From a virus: DNA of 64,000 nucleotides. The notes beneath the pieces were generated by a model. That model was not told the origin of the DNA. It worked only from the letters and a program-made list of their open reading frames with translations, and did no database searches. The stretch lies in IMG/VR virus record IMGVR_UViG_3300025117_000031, positions 32,001 through 96,000 of that record; one strand, written 5' to 3'. This document shows, one piece after another, positions 8,147 to 17,192 of this stretch. How positions within the stretch are numbered: position 1 is the stretch's first letter; each line of letters starts with the position of its first letter. A program made the position numbers and the translations under genes.

Positions 8147-8947
8147 TCAAAACTCTACCACCAGATCCCCGGAAAATCCGGTTCTCTCGTCAGGATAGCC
8201 ATAAGGATTACAAACAAATCTTGTGTTAGCTAGTTTAAAATCTCTATAGGTGTGGGTATGACCAAAAACCCACAGTTTAGGCTGATTTCTGAGAACTAAA
8301 TCGTTAAGGGGTCTAGATGTATTGTAGAAGAACAGATTTAAAGGGTGATTTGCATAAAGAGCATGAGAACAATCAGAATTGGGCATGTGATGGGTAACGA
8401 CAACGTCCCCCGGCTGCACAGTAGAGGTTAAAAACTTAACGGCAGTTTGGTTTTCTCTAGTGATCTCATCCAAAGAGTTGCGAATTTGACCAAAATCATT
8501 AAACTGCTGGCAAAGCAGAATGTGCTGCGGAACATCATAAAAGTTAGTCCACAGGGTGGAGCCAACATACCTTTGTCCGTTAATTGTTACAGTTTTATTG
8601 TCCAACAGGAAATATCTGTCCTTTGGGAGGTTGTTAAATACATTTTCAAGCTTCTTTCTTGTCTCTCGAATTGAAAGCTTGCCAGACGAATAATATTCGT
8701 GGTTCCCAGGAACAAAAATCACATACTTAAATACAGTTCCAAACGATTGCAAAGCATAAAGCATTTCCACCTCGCCGTGGACCACTCCATTAAAATTCAT
8801 CAAATCCCCTGAGATAATAACCGTATCAGGGGTAGAGCGAAAGACACCAGAATTAAGAGTGTTTAGAATGCCTTTAATCCTATTTGCCCTTGCTGTCGGG
8901 TTTAGAAACTCAAGATGCAGATCAGAAACAACAGATAAACTTTTCAT
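8147..8947 (-). CDS. calcineurin-like metallophosphoesterase
   Basis: SDLH, GD, PGNHE, THH and GHTH motifs. Confidence 0.92.
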   Translation of the reverse strand: MKSLSVVSDLHLEFLNPTARANRIKGILNTLNSGVFRSTPDTVIISGDLMNFNGVVHGEVEMLYALQSFGTVFKYVIFVPGNHEYYSSGKLSIRETRKKLENVFNNLPKDRYFLLDNKTVTINGQRYVGSTLWTNFYDVPQHILLCQQFNDFGQIRNSLDEITRENQTAVKFLTSTVQPGDVVVTHHMPNSDCSHALYANHPLNLFFYNTSRPLNDLVLRNQPKLWVFGHTHTYRDFKLANTRFVCNPYGYPDERTGFSGDLVVEF

Positions 8948-9333
8948 TTTTTTGCCTTTGTTGGGCACCCAATGTCATTGCTACAAGAACAAGCATACTT
9001 TCTTGAGCCTGTCTCTGTTGAGCCCATTTCTACAGAGACCCAATAGGGTTCTTCTGCTTTTTTATCTTCTTCTTTTGCTAAAGAGAGAAGAGCATATCCC
9101 AAAACATCTTTCCAGGGCGATTCGCCAAAAGCGTCTTTTTTTGTGGCAATACGAAACAATTTATCTATCACCCTTACAACCGTTAGAGCATCGCCATACG
9201 CCTCAACGGGAATTCCAGAGGGATACAAAACCTTAATTATCTCTTTTGCTTTGCCAAAAGAGTCGCCATACGCAAGTTGTTTTTCTTTTACTAAGTTGGC
9301 AATTTCAAGGGCAATCTTTTCGAAATCTTTCAC
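8944..9333 (-). CDS. alpha-helical nucleotide-modification-associated protein (DUF1599/DUF6378-like)
   Basis: K..AYGDSF ... DKLFRI ... ESPWKDVLGYALL pattern. Confidence 0.6.
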   Translation of the reverse strand: MKDFEKIALEIANLVKEKQLAYGDSFGKAKEIIKVLYPSGIPVEAYGDALTVVRVIDKLFRIATKKDAFGESPWKDVLGYALLSLAKEEDKKAEEPYWVSVEMGSTETGSRKYACSCSNDIGCPTKAKK

Positions 9334-9473
9334 TCATCACCTCTTTTTTGTTCTCTTCAGTACAAGCACACGATATTACAACTCCTCGATTTGTGTGCAT
9401 GATTCTTCTCTTTTTGTTACAAACTTTACAATATCCTTTTGTTGAATACGATTGCTGGATAACGACGGTAGCT

Positions 9474-9896
9474 TCACTCATGGATTTTCCTCATTGTGAT
9501 GTTTGTTTTTTTCCAAGCCTCTTGAACTAGTTCATCTTCATACGGTTCTTTGAAGACAATATGTTTAATTCCGGCGTTGGCTAAAAGCTTAAAACACCCG
9601 AAACACGGACTTGCCGTAATATAAATAGTAGAGTTATTTAAAGAAATCCCATTTTTTGCAGCTTGTGCGATAGCGTTTGCTTCAGCGTGTATGGTCCTAA
9701 TGCAATGTCCGTCCCGAAGAATGCACCCGTCTTGTTCACAATGCGGCAGCTTAGAGATAGAACCGTTATAGCCGGTAGTGAGAATTGCGTTGTCTCGAAC
9801 AATAACCGCTCCAACCTTTTTTCTGCAGCAGGTAGAGCGCTCCGCAACCATTTCGGCAAGAGAGATAAAATAATTATCCCAACTCTTTCTTTCCAT
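9474..9896 (-). CDS. dCMP deaminase
   Basis: RSTC, GYNG, HAEANA and PCxxC zinc motifs. Confidence 0.93.
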   Translation of the reverse strand: MERKSWDNYFISLAEMVAERSTCCRKKVGAVIVRDNAILTTGYNGSISKLPHCEQDGCILRDGHCIRTIHAEANAIAQAAKNGISLNNSTIYITASPCFGCFKLLANAGIKHIVFKEPYEDELVQEAWKKTNITMRKIHE

Positions 9897-10984
9897 TAAA
9901 GTCTAACCTGTTTCTTTGACCAGCCGGTTGCCATAATCGAAGCCTTTGCAAAATGCTGTACATAGGCCAAAAGCTCTTCAAAATTAACTTCACTATAAAA
10001 TGGCTTAAATTCCTTAATGGAATCTTTGTCCATGAGGTTTGAAAGAAATCGCGGTTCTCCTTCGACACTTTTGTGAGCAACACAAACTTTAATTGTTTCT
10101 TCTGGCAGCAACACGTCGCATTTGGTGACAAAAAGGTCGGTGCAGCCGTTAACACGAGCCGCATGCGCCAGAAGAGGCAGGTCAAGCCAGCCAACCCGTC
10201 GGGGTCGTCCTGTCGTAGTGCCGTATTCTCCGCCTCTTTCTCTAATACGCTTGGCAGTTGTTTCTTCTTCTCCAACCATCTCTGTTGGAAAGGGTCCATC
10301 TCCAACCTTGGTCATGTACGGCTTTAATACCCCCACAACGCTGGTAACGTGTCCTGGGCCAAAGCCACAGGAGACACAAGCCGCAGCAGCAACATTGCTC
10401 GTTGTAGAAATATAAGGGTAGAACCCGTGGTCGATGTCCAAAAGGGCTCCCTGCGAACCCTCAAACAAAACCTTTTGTCCGTTTTGCAGATGTTGATTAA
10501 TTTCTGCGGAAATGTCACAAATATAGGGCTTTAGGGCAGGAACCGTAATGGCCTTTATCGCGCGTCGAGAATATTTAGCTTCTGCAGCAGGTGACATTCC
10601 TCTCTTGGTCGAACCAACACCGGACCCCGAATTCTCTCTTTGAGCGTCGAGTTCTTTGTGAGAAGCAGTAATAATATTTGCGTCTGCTGAGATTTTTAAC
10701 AGATTTTCTACATCAAACCCCAGTTGTTTATATGCTTTGATTTCTTCTAGAAGAATTTCGGGGTCAATATACATTTGACTGCCCATATAACAAAGCTTTT
10801 CATGTATAATACCAACCGGAAGATGATGAAATTTATATAGTTTGTCTCCAATCCAAACAGAAGCCCCTGTGTTTGGACCTCCAGAATAGCGAACACAGAC
10901 ATCGTGTGTGGTCATTAGCTGAGAAGAGACTTTTCCCTTACCCTCATCTCCGAACTGAAGTCCTACTACAATTGTTGCTGGCAT
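9896..10984 (-). CDS. purA: adenylosuccinate synthetase
   Basis: GLQFGDEGKGK, GSTKRG, EGSQG.LLD.DHG.YPY..T, GTTTGRPRRVGWLD. Confidence 0.93.
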   Translation of the reverse strand: MPATIVVGLQFGDEGKGKVSSQLMTTHDVCVRYSGGPNTGASVWIGDKLYKFHHLPVGIIHEKLCYMGSQMYIDPEILLEEIKAYKQLGFDVENLLKISADANIITASHKELDAQRENSGSGVGSTKRGMSPAAEAKYSRRAIKAITVPALKPYICDISAEINQHLQNGQKVLFEGSQGALLDIDHGFYPYISTTSNVAAAACVSCGFGPGHVTSVVGVLKPYMTKVGDGPFPTEMVGEEETTAKRIRERGGEYGTTTGRPRRVGWLDLPLLAHAARVNGCTDLFVTKCDVLLPEETIKVCVAHKSVEGEPRFLSNLMDKDSIKEFKPFYSEVNFEELLAYVQHFAKASIMATGWSKKQVRL

Positions 10985-11523
10985 TTATTTTCCCTTTGTC
11001 TAACATATTCCGCAAGAAGAATACTTGCGCAGACTGCTGTGTTTAAACAATACGCCGAACCTGGCATTTTAATAAAAACCACATCTGAGTTCACGAGAAT
11101 GTCCACCGGAACGCCAATTGTCTCATGTCCTGTAATTATACAACACCTTTGCTCGTTGTTTGTCGGAAACTTGTAATCCCACAAAGATTGCGAGCCTTCA
11201 CAAAACTCTGCGCTAATTAGCTTGATATTGTTCTGCCGAGAGTAAGAAAGAAATTCATAAGGGTTTGCAAACTGGTTGATCTTTACTAAGTCTTGAGTGG
11301 AACCAGAAGTCGCAACAATTGTTCTATGATCTGGAATTGTTCCAATAATATTTACAACCGGCACTCCAAAGCAGGCAGCACTTCGAATAAGCATTCCAAC
11401 ATTTTCGGAATGTTCAAAATTTAAAGCTGCAAGTTCAATTGGATATTGAGTTGCAATCTTCTTCTTTTGCTCATATCGAGAACGACGGGTTTCAACGCGA
11501 GAAGACAAAAGAGAAGTGTTCAT
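10966..11523 (-). CDS. SpoU/TrmH-family RNA 2'-O-methyltransferase
   Basis: NVGMLIRSAACFG, GHETIGV, IKMPG...CLN SPOUT motifs; likely start MNTSLL. Confidence 0.88.
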   Translation of the reverse strand: MNTSLLSSRVETRRSRYEQKKKIATQYPIELAALNFEHSENVGMLIRSAACFGVPVVNIIGTIPDHRTIVATSGSTQDLVKINQFANPYEFLSYSRQNNIKLISAEFCEGSQSLWDYKFPTNNEQRCCIITGHETIGVPVDILVNSDVVFIKMPGSAYCLNTAVCASILLAEYVRQRENKCQQQL

Positions 11524-11554
11524 GAAATTATGATAACAGATTTTATTCTTTAAG

Positions 11555-12316
11555 TCAAGCGGGAAATTTACATCCGGCATCTTTTAAAAGCTTCACGACC
11601 TCAACATGGCCGTTTCCCGAAGCCCATAGGATGGCACGGTTGTCACCGGCCGTTGGATCAACCCTTTTGTCGGAAAGAAGAATCTTCAAGACCTCAACAT
11701 GGCCTCTTTCCGAAGCCCATCGGATGGCATAGTTGTCACTGGCCGTTGGATCAACCCTTTTGTCGGAAAGAAGAATCTTCACGACCTCAACATGGCCGTT
11801 TCCCGAAGCCCATTGGATGGCACGGTTGTCACCGGCCGTTGGATCAACCCTTTTGTCGGAAAGAAGAATCTTCACGACCTCAACATGGCCGTTTTCCGAA
11901 GCCCATCGGATGGCATAGTTGTTGTTGGCCGTTGGATCAACCCTCTTGTCGGAAAGAAGAATCTTCAAGACCTCAACATGGCCGTTTCCCGAAGCCCATT
12001 GGATGGCAAGATTGTCACCGGCCGAGGGATCAACCCTCTTGTCGGAAAGAAGAATCTTCACGACCTCAACATGGCCGTTTCCCGAAGCCCATTGGATGGC
12101 ACGGTTGTCACCGGCCGTTGGATCAACCCTCTTGTCGGAAAGAAGAATCTTCACGACCTCAACATGGCCGTTTCCCGAAGCCCATTGGATGGCACAGTTG
12201 TCATCGGCCGAGGGATCGAACACATCCATCGACAAAATTAAAGCCGCTTCCTTATCTTTGCCTTTGTTGCAAAGCTCCCAAAAAAGCCGCTCTCCTCTGT
12301 TGTGTTCTCTTTCCAT
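11555..12316 (-). CDS. ankyrin-repeat protein (7 repeats)
   Basis: Repeats of NxAIxWASxNGHVEVVKILLSDKRVDP. Confidence 0.93.
   Translation of the reverse strand: MEREHNRGERLFWELCNKGKDKEAALILSMDVFDPSADDNCAIQWASGNGHVEVVKILLSDKRVDPTAGDNRAIQWASGNGHVEVVKILLSDKRVDPSAGDNLAIQWASGNGHVEVLKILLSDKRVDPTANNNYAIRWASENGHVEVVKILLSDKRVDPTAGDNRAIQWASGNGHVEVVKILLSDKRVDPTASDNYAIRWASERGHVEVLKILLSDKRVDPTAGDNRAILWASGNGHVEVVKLLKDAGCKFPA
11591..12219 (-). repeat. seven near-identical 93-bp tandem repeats encoding 31-aa ankyrin units
   Basis: Unit starts at 11591, 11684, 11777, 11870, 11963, 12056, 12149. Confidence 0.93.
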
Positions 12317-12324
12317 TTCGGCCG

Positions 12325-12353
12325 AGGATAACAAAAATAAAAGAAGATGTCAA
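12325..12353 (-). promoter_or_regulatory. sigma70-type promoter TTGACA-17-TATCCT with extended -10 TG
   Basis: Minus strand TTGACA TCTTCTTTTATTTTTGT TATCCT; ankyrin ATG lies 8 nt after the -10. Confidence 0.8.
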
Positions 12354-12391
12354 TCCCCTACTGTATATTTTGAAAATGTTTCGTTAAGCTG

Positions 12392-12499
12392 TTAAGTTCG
12401 CTCTTTAATCCAGTTTAATTTATCTTTCTTTTGAAGATTTTCTATTTGCCACAAAGGTTGAAGGTTTGTATAATGAAAGCATTTTTTTGAAACTTGTAT
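12392..12499 (-). pseudogene. C-terminal relic of an HNH endonuclease
   Basis: Translates as KKCFHYTNLQPLWQIENLQKKDKL, matching the end of the intact HNH at 28037-28708; no start codon. Confidence 0.8.
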
Positions 12500-12500
12500 T

Positions 12501-13631
12501 TTAGTAGTCATTATCTTCTATTTCATATCCCCTTAAAGAGTCGTTTAGTTGTCTGTTTACTTTAATAAAAGTAGTTCTCCTGGAGGCCTCTTTTATATTT
12601 TCAGAACCGATATAGCTTAGATAGCTTCTTAAACCACCAAAAATATCTTGTAAAGTGTTTTTAAGATCCCCTTTATAGGGGATTAAACTACATTTTCCTT
12701 CTGCTGTTTTATATGAAGCATTTGTGCCAAATTTATTCATGGCAGTTTTAGAAGCCATGCCATAAGTTTTTTTATATTTTTTCCCGTCTTTAATAATAAG
12801 TTCACCGCCAGACTGTTCGTGTGCAGCCAAAAAAGAACCAAGCATAACCATATCTGCTCCTGCTCCAAAAGCCTTACAAATACTTCCTACAGAGTTCGCT
12901 CCTCCATCGCTGCACAAATAAGCCCCGCGTTGTCTAGCCGCGTCTGAAGATTCCAAAACTGCTGTTAACTGCGGATAGCCGACTCCCGTTATAAGTCTTG
13001 TCACACAATTTGATCCGCTGCCAATTCCGCACTTAACAATATCGGCACCGGCTTGTACTAATTGAGTCGTAATTTCTGGAGTTACCACATTGCCTGCCAT
13101 AACTATTGGCGGCAGAAGGTTGTTAAGTTGAAAGAAAGAATTTTCTTTAACACTATTAACAAAATCAATAAAACTTTCTTGATATCCGTTAGCAACATCA
13201 CATATAATTTTTAGTCTTAGATTAAAATTTGTTTCTGCTATTAACCGAAATAAGTTTAATAGTTCGGTTTTTGAACGACCAATAGAAAACCAAATATAGT
13301 TTAACTCTTCTGGCGAAGAGGAACTAATAAAATTAACAAGAGAGTTCCACTCTTCCGAATTTGGGATTAGATAATATTTATGCAAAGCTGTAAAACATTT
13401 GTATTTCCCCATAACTTTCGCAGTCTCAATATTCCCTGTTTGGTCAGAGTTGCTAGAAATAATACCAATCCCGGAAAAAGCAGGCGAACGAACATCAGAT
13501 TTGTTTTTTGTTTTAAACGTCCGGATTAAATCTTCTTCTGTGATTTCCGATCTTGTTTTAAGATGAGAGATTTTTGGCTTGATTAGAACATCACAGAAAT
13601 CTAACTTAACATCCGTTTCTACGTTGCTCAT
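12501..13631 (-). CDS. guaC: GMP reductase
   Basis: KLDFCDVLI.P, ALHKYY, DVANGY, GNVVT, GIGSGSNCVTR..TGVGYPQL, DGG, YGMAS, AEGK. Confidence 0.9.
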   Translation of the reverse strand: MSNVETDVKLDFCDVLIKPKISHLKTRSEITEEDLIRTFKTKNKSDVRSPAFSGIGIISSNSDQTGNIETAKVMGKYKCFTALHKYYLIPNSEEWNSLVNFISSSSPEELNYIWFSIGRSKTELLNLFRLIAETNFNLRLKIICDVANGYQESFIDFVNSVKENSFFQLNNLLPPIVMAGNVVTPEITTQLVQAGADIVKCGIGSGSNCVTRLITGVGYPQLTAVLESSDAARQRGAYLCSDGGANSVGSICKAFGAGADMVMLGSFLAAHEQSGGELIIKDGKKYKKTYGMASKTAMNKFGTNASYKTAEGKCSLIPYKGDLKNTLQDIFGGLRSYLSYIGSENIKEASRRTTFIKVNRQLNDSLRGYEIEDNDY

Positions 13632-13870
13632 TTAATTCCTTTTAAAAGTTTCATGCCTTCTTCCGAGACATAAAAATATTGAGAAGCCGAAATACCTTCA
13701 TTGATTTGTTTGCCTTCGTACATAAGTCCAAATTTACACAAAATGCAACAAGAAAAATAGTCATCCGAATCAATACCCGCACAAAACATATTTCTATAAA
13801 ACTTCGGATAACCTACAGAGTGTTTTAAGATGTGGAGGTGTTCTTCGGGAAGAGACATGCTTTCAGACAC
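13628..13870 (-). CDS. hypothetical protein
   Basis: 80 aa, GAGG RBS, ATGA overlap with guaC. Confidence 0.7.
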   Translation of the reverse strand: MSESMSLPEEHLHILKHSVGYPKFYRNMFCAGIDSDDYFSCCILCKFGLMYEGKQINEGISASQYFYVSEEGMKLLKGIK

Positions 13871-13882
13871 TTAGTACCTCTT

Positions 13883-14995
13883 TTAAATTAACGGAATCGT
13901 TGAGATATCTTCGAGATGAGCAAGAAGAAGATTAATATTTCTTTTTGCATTTTCTTCGTACATTTGTTTGAACCCTGGCAAATAGAAAATATCTTTTGAA
14001 AGTAAAGACTTTAGGAACTGGAGTCTACCAGTAATATATTCCTTGTCGGTCAAGAAAACGTATTCTAATCTAATTTTATTTTCATAATCTAGGATTTCTT
14101 CTGCGGATTTGCCGAATACAGAATAATCTAAATCATGTAAAAGCTTTTTTGGATGTGTATTAATTATTGCTCCCATTTTAGTAGATAAAATAAGCTCCTT
14201 CGTTATTGAAGAATTTACTTCCAAACTACTTTGAAATTCATTATCGTCTTTATGAGGATCATAAATATAATCGTGGTATAAAATTGCTTCAATTAATGCC
14301 TCAGATATAGCATTAAGACTTGCAATATCACAAATATTTTCAATTTCTTCTTTTGTTGGTTGGTAGTTCTGATATTCTACGAGCATATTTGTAATGTGAG
14401 TTAAGTTATGGTATGCTCTTTCTGGTTGAGTATATTCCCAAACGTACTTAGAAACATCTCGGACTTTCTGCAAATATGCTCCACGCGCAAGTTTATTTAG
14501 TTTTTCTAGAGAGTTTTTGTTTTGAAGTAAAATTGCTATGTTCAAAGGAACAAACTTCTTCACCAAGAAATACCAATTTTCATCGGCTTGGTATAAAGAA
14601 CGTACAAGAGAAGAACTTACATTTTCAAGTTCTGCGGGAGAATCAATAAAAATTGTGTTTGCCTTAAGACCCAAAGAGAGATTAATTTTAGCCATTGTGT
14701 GTTCATATTCAAAATCAGAAGAATTTCTGGCACCTCGAATGATAATATCTGCTTTAAAACTATTCGCAAATTGCGTGAGTAGTCCTTCAAAAGACAGAAC
14801 TACAACATTTTTGAATTGGCGACAACAAAACATAACAGATTGCTGCCGTTCCGCTGGGGTTAAAAAATTCTTTTTGTCTGCATTCTGCCCAATCGCCACA
14901 AAAACCTTGTCAAACAACTTGCTGGCCTGCTCAACAATAAACAAATGTCCATTTGTGAATGGGTCAAATGATCCTGGATAAATGGCGGTTGTCAT
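13883..14995 (-). CDS. coaD: phosphopantetheine adenylyltransferase fused to an HD-type phosphohydrolase
   Basis: N-terminal YPGSFDPFTNGH, IIRGAR...DFEYE, VSSSLVR; C-terminal RAYHNLTH, YHDYIYDP, DLD, IRLEY. Confidence 0.85.
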   Translation of the reverse strand: MTTAIYPGSFDPFTNGHLFIVEQASKLFDKVFVAIGQNADKKNFLTPAERQQSVMFCCRQFKNVVVLSFEGLLTQFANSFKADIIIRGARNSSDFEYEHTMAKINLSLGLKANTIFIDSPAELENVSSSLVRSLYQADENWYFLVKKFVPLNIAILLQNKNSLEKLNKLARGAYLQKVRDVSKYVWEYTQPERAYHNLTHITNMLVEYQNYQPTKEEIENICDIASLNAISEALIEAILYHDYIYDPHKDDNEFQSSLEVNSSITKELILSTKMGAIINTHPKKLLHDLDYSVFGKSAEEILDYENKIRLEYVFLTDKEYITGRLQFLKSLLSKDIFYLPGFKQMYEENAKRNINLLLAHLEDISTIPLI

Positions 14996-15807
14996 CCAAT
15001 AGCCTCTTTTAAGTTGCAATACAGTATGTTTGGATCGTTTTCCGACAGGCCAGACATTTGTCCATCATTTAACTCGATTATAATCCATTTGTTTTCCGTT
15101 GTCAATCCCACATCAACAACAAAAAAACAATCTCCGTTGCATTCCGTAATTCTTTTAGCCGCTTCTTCAACTAAAGAAGAAGCTTTTGCCAAGTCAAAAG
15201 AAACTAATTTGTCTTTAACATCGTCATAATAATTTGACCAATAAAATCCACTTGATAAAATCTTTGTTCCATAGACAAAAAATCTATATTCAACAGTAAT
15301 AGGTAAGCCGTGCGTCCCTTCTGCTAGTTGAATCAAAGGAACATATTCTCTTGCATAAATATTTTGTGAAGAGATGAAAGAGTCGTCAAGCAGTTTAGTA
15401 TAGGTTTGTATTGCTTCTTTTTTATTCTTGGCATACATGTGAGTATTCCAAAGAAACTTTTTGGAATTTGTTTCGCCCTTTAAAATCACGGGAATGTCTG
15501 GGATAGCAGAAATGTCAAACCAAGTCTTTGGAGTTAAGTCTTCTAGGGTATAATACCAATTTTGTAAATCTGCGATATATCTGTGTTGTTTGAAAGTATT
15601 TACAAGCCTAGACCTTTGACTCAAAAGATCGTTTTCTAGCTCTTTATAAAAGGGTAAAACAGAATATCTTCCTATAACGAGCTTTTCTCCAACGTAAGTT
15701 CTGCTTTCTGTGACATCAAAATGCTTCTTGCAAACTGCTAGCTCTTCTTCTGTTTCGCGAGAGTTACGAAATAAAACAACTGAGCTTTCAGACATTACAT
15801 TCCTCAC
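14992..15807 (-). CDS. ATP-grasp protein (DUF4343/R2K-like)
   Basis: ILKGETNSKK, AREYV.L, EYRFFV, FFVVDVG, WIIIELNDGQMSG. Confidence 0.8.
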   Translation of the reverse strand: MRNVMSESSVVLFRNSRETEEELAVCKKHFDVTESRTYVGEKLVIGRYSVLPFYKELENDLLSQRSRLVNTFKQHRYIADLQNWYYTLEDLTPKTWFDISAIPDIPVILKGETNSKKFLWNTHMYAKNKKEAIQTYTKLLDDSFISSQNIYAREYVPLIQLAEGTHGLPITVEYRFFVYGTKILSSGFYWSNYYDDVKDKLVSFDLAKASSLVEEAAKRITECNGDCFFVVDVGLTTENKWIIIELNDGQMSGLSENDPNILYCNLKEAIG

Positions 15808-16190
15808 AGAAGTTTTAAATGACCCGTAACTTTGTCTATATCTTCCGATTTATTTGGTCCTATTGCAATACAAGTTGAAGTAGGAACCCCGTGGAATTCT
15901 GTTGCTCCCGAGTCAACAATTAAAGAAACAGTTAAATTTGCTAGTCTTGCGTAATCATATATTTTCATTAGTTCTTCTTCTGAGTCTACAGATACAACAA
16001 TTTTCGTAAAAGAGCCATAAATCCACGCTCTTTCTTCTTCGGTCCATTGAATCCAATGAAGAGACGATTTGGTGTTTTGGATTTTGTCTGTCAAAAACTT
16101 AATAGAAGCGTGAGCGCCTTGCGCAATCATTTTACCGGCGCGCATGTGTAAATCTTTACGCATTACAATAACTTGTTTGATATCAGACAT
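15804..16190 (-). CDS. pth2: peptidyl-tRNA hydrolase, Pth2 type
   Basis: KQVIVMRKDL.M..GK..AQ.AHAS, KIV, D.G.TE, T.IAIGP, IDKVTGHLKLL. Confidence 0.93.
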   Translation of the reverse strand: MSDIKQVIVMRKDLHMRAGKMIAQGAHASIKFLTDKIQNTKSSLHWIQWTEEERAWIYGSFTKIVVSVDSEEELMKIYDYARLANLTVSLIVDSGATEFHGVPTSTCIAIGPNKSEDIDKVTGHLKLL

Positions 16191-17073
16191 TGTATTTCCC
16201 AATTATAGCTTTTATTTCGTCAATTGCCAGTTTCGCCGCATCTTGACGAACAATTGCGTTTTCCATTGTACCATAATGATGTTCGAGACAAGACAGAAGA
16301 AGAGTTTTAATTTTCTCTTCATCCGGCTCATAGGGAAGAGCTGTACTTTCTTCATATAGCTTTCGAAGATGGATTTCTCTATCAGAGAAGTATTTATCAA
16401 AATCTCCGTAATTCCACTCCCCTCTTCGAATAGACTTCAGTATTTCTTTGTCTCTTTGGATGTCCATCGTTCCTGTGGAAAGAAGCTGTTCACTTTCTCC
16501 AAGCAAACGAGTTAAATGATACATGTATTTTGGATCATATCCGTTCTCTTTAACCACAGAAGCCCTTTTTCCAGTCGGAGTTTTTGTTTGCATCTTGTGC
16601 AGTTGAGACTTGGCGTATCCTGTAAACTTATGATAAAGACCTTTGTGAATAAATAATTCTCTATTGTCTCGAATCATATTGCCGACAGAAGAAATATGCC
16701 TTATACAAGAGAGAGGTGTAAAGACCGAATCCAAAATGTTTGGGTTGCATTCGCTAAGCAGTTGAAAATATTTAACAATATTGAAAATAGATAGGTCATA
16801 TTCTTGTTTCTTTGCTTCATCGAAGATATGATATTCCTGGTATTGTTCAAATCTCTGGATTTGTTTCCCAAACCCATGAATTTCCCCAGCAAGATGAGGA
16901 AAAATCATTTCTTTTCTTGGGATACAAACACCATAAATATCCAAGTCCGAAGACTCTCCTGCAACTCCATAAGCAACAGAACCCATTTCGGTTTCATAAA
17001 TAATATTGTTTGGAAGCCAAGAGGGAGGGTTAATTAAGTTTTTGTCTTTTAGGATTTTAACGACGGATGACAT
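16183..17073 (-). CDS. Pol-beta superfamily nucleotidyltransferase (RlaP/YcgL-like)
   Basis: GSVAYG....SDLDIYGV, NPNILD, GYD.K..YH..RL; RBS GGAGGAG. Confidence 0.87.
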   Translation of the reverse strand: MSSVVKILKDKNLINPPSWLPNNIIYETEMGSVAYGVAGESSDLDIYGVCIPRKEMIFPHLAGEIHGFGKQIQRFEQYQEYHIFDEAKKQEYDLSIFNIVKYFQLLSECNPNILDSVFTPLSCIRHISSVGNMIRDNRELFIHKGLYHKFTGYAKSQLHKMQTKTPTGKRASVVKENGYDPKYMYHLTRLLGESEQLLSTGTMDIQRDKEILKSIRRGEWNYGDFDKYFSDREIHLRKLYEESTALPYEPDEEKIKTLLLSCLEHHYGTMENAIVRQDAAKLAIDEIKAIIGKYNV

Positions 17074-17117
17074 TTCTCCTCCAAGAGAAAATATTATTTA
17101 TTTTGTATTGAGAAGTT

Positions 17118-17189
17118 ACCTGCCCGTTGGATTCGAACCAACATCTTCCGCCCTGACTGCGGCTGTCCTACCACTTAGACGACGACAGG
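17118..17189 (-). tRNA. aberrant tRNA or tRNA-like RNA; anticodon loop AGUCAGG (centre UCA)
   Basis: CCTGTCG/GGGCAGG acceptor (G7-G66 mismatch), D arm GTCT-AAGTGGTA-GGAC, CCGC/GCGG anticodon stem, T arm GTTGG-TTCGAAT-CCAAC; no U33, no CCA. Confidence 0.7.
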
Positions 17190-17192
17190 TTT

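Noticed and set aside
9896-10984. PurZ and a 2-aminoadenine (Z) genome
   Set aside because: The N-terminal motif is GDEGKGK with the catalytic Asp of canonical PurA; PurZ has Ser at this position.
11591-12219. CRISPR array or DGR template/variable repeat pair
   Set aside because: The units are contiguous 93-bp in-frame coding repeats without unique spacers, and no reverse transcriptase or cas genes are present.
11653-12395. Plus-strand repetitive ORFs of 244, 180 and 158 aa
   Set aside because: Antisense shadows of the ankyrin repeats.
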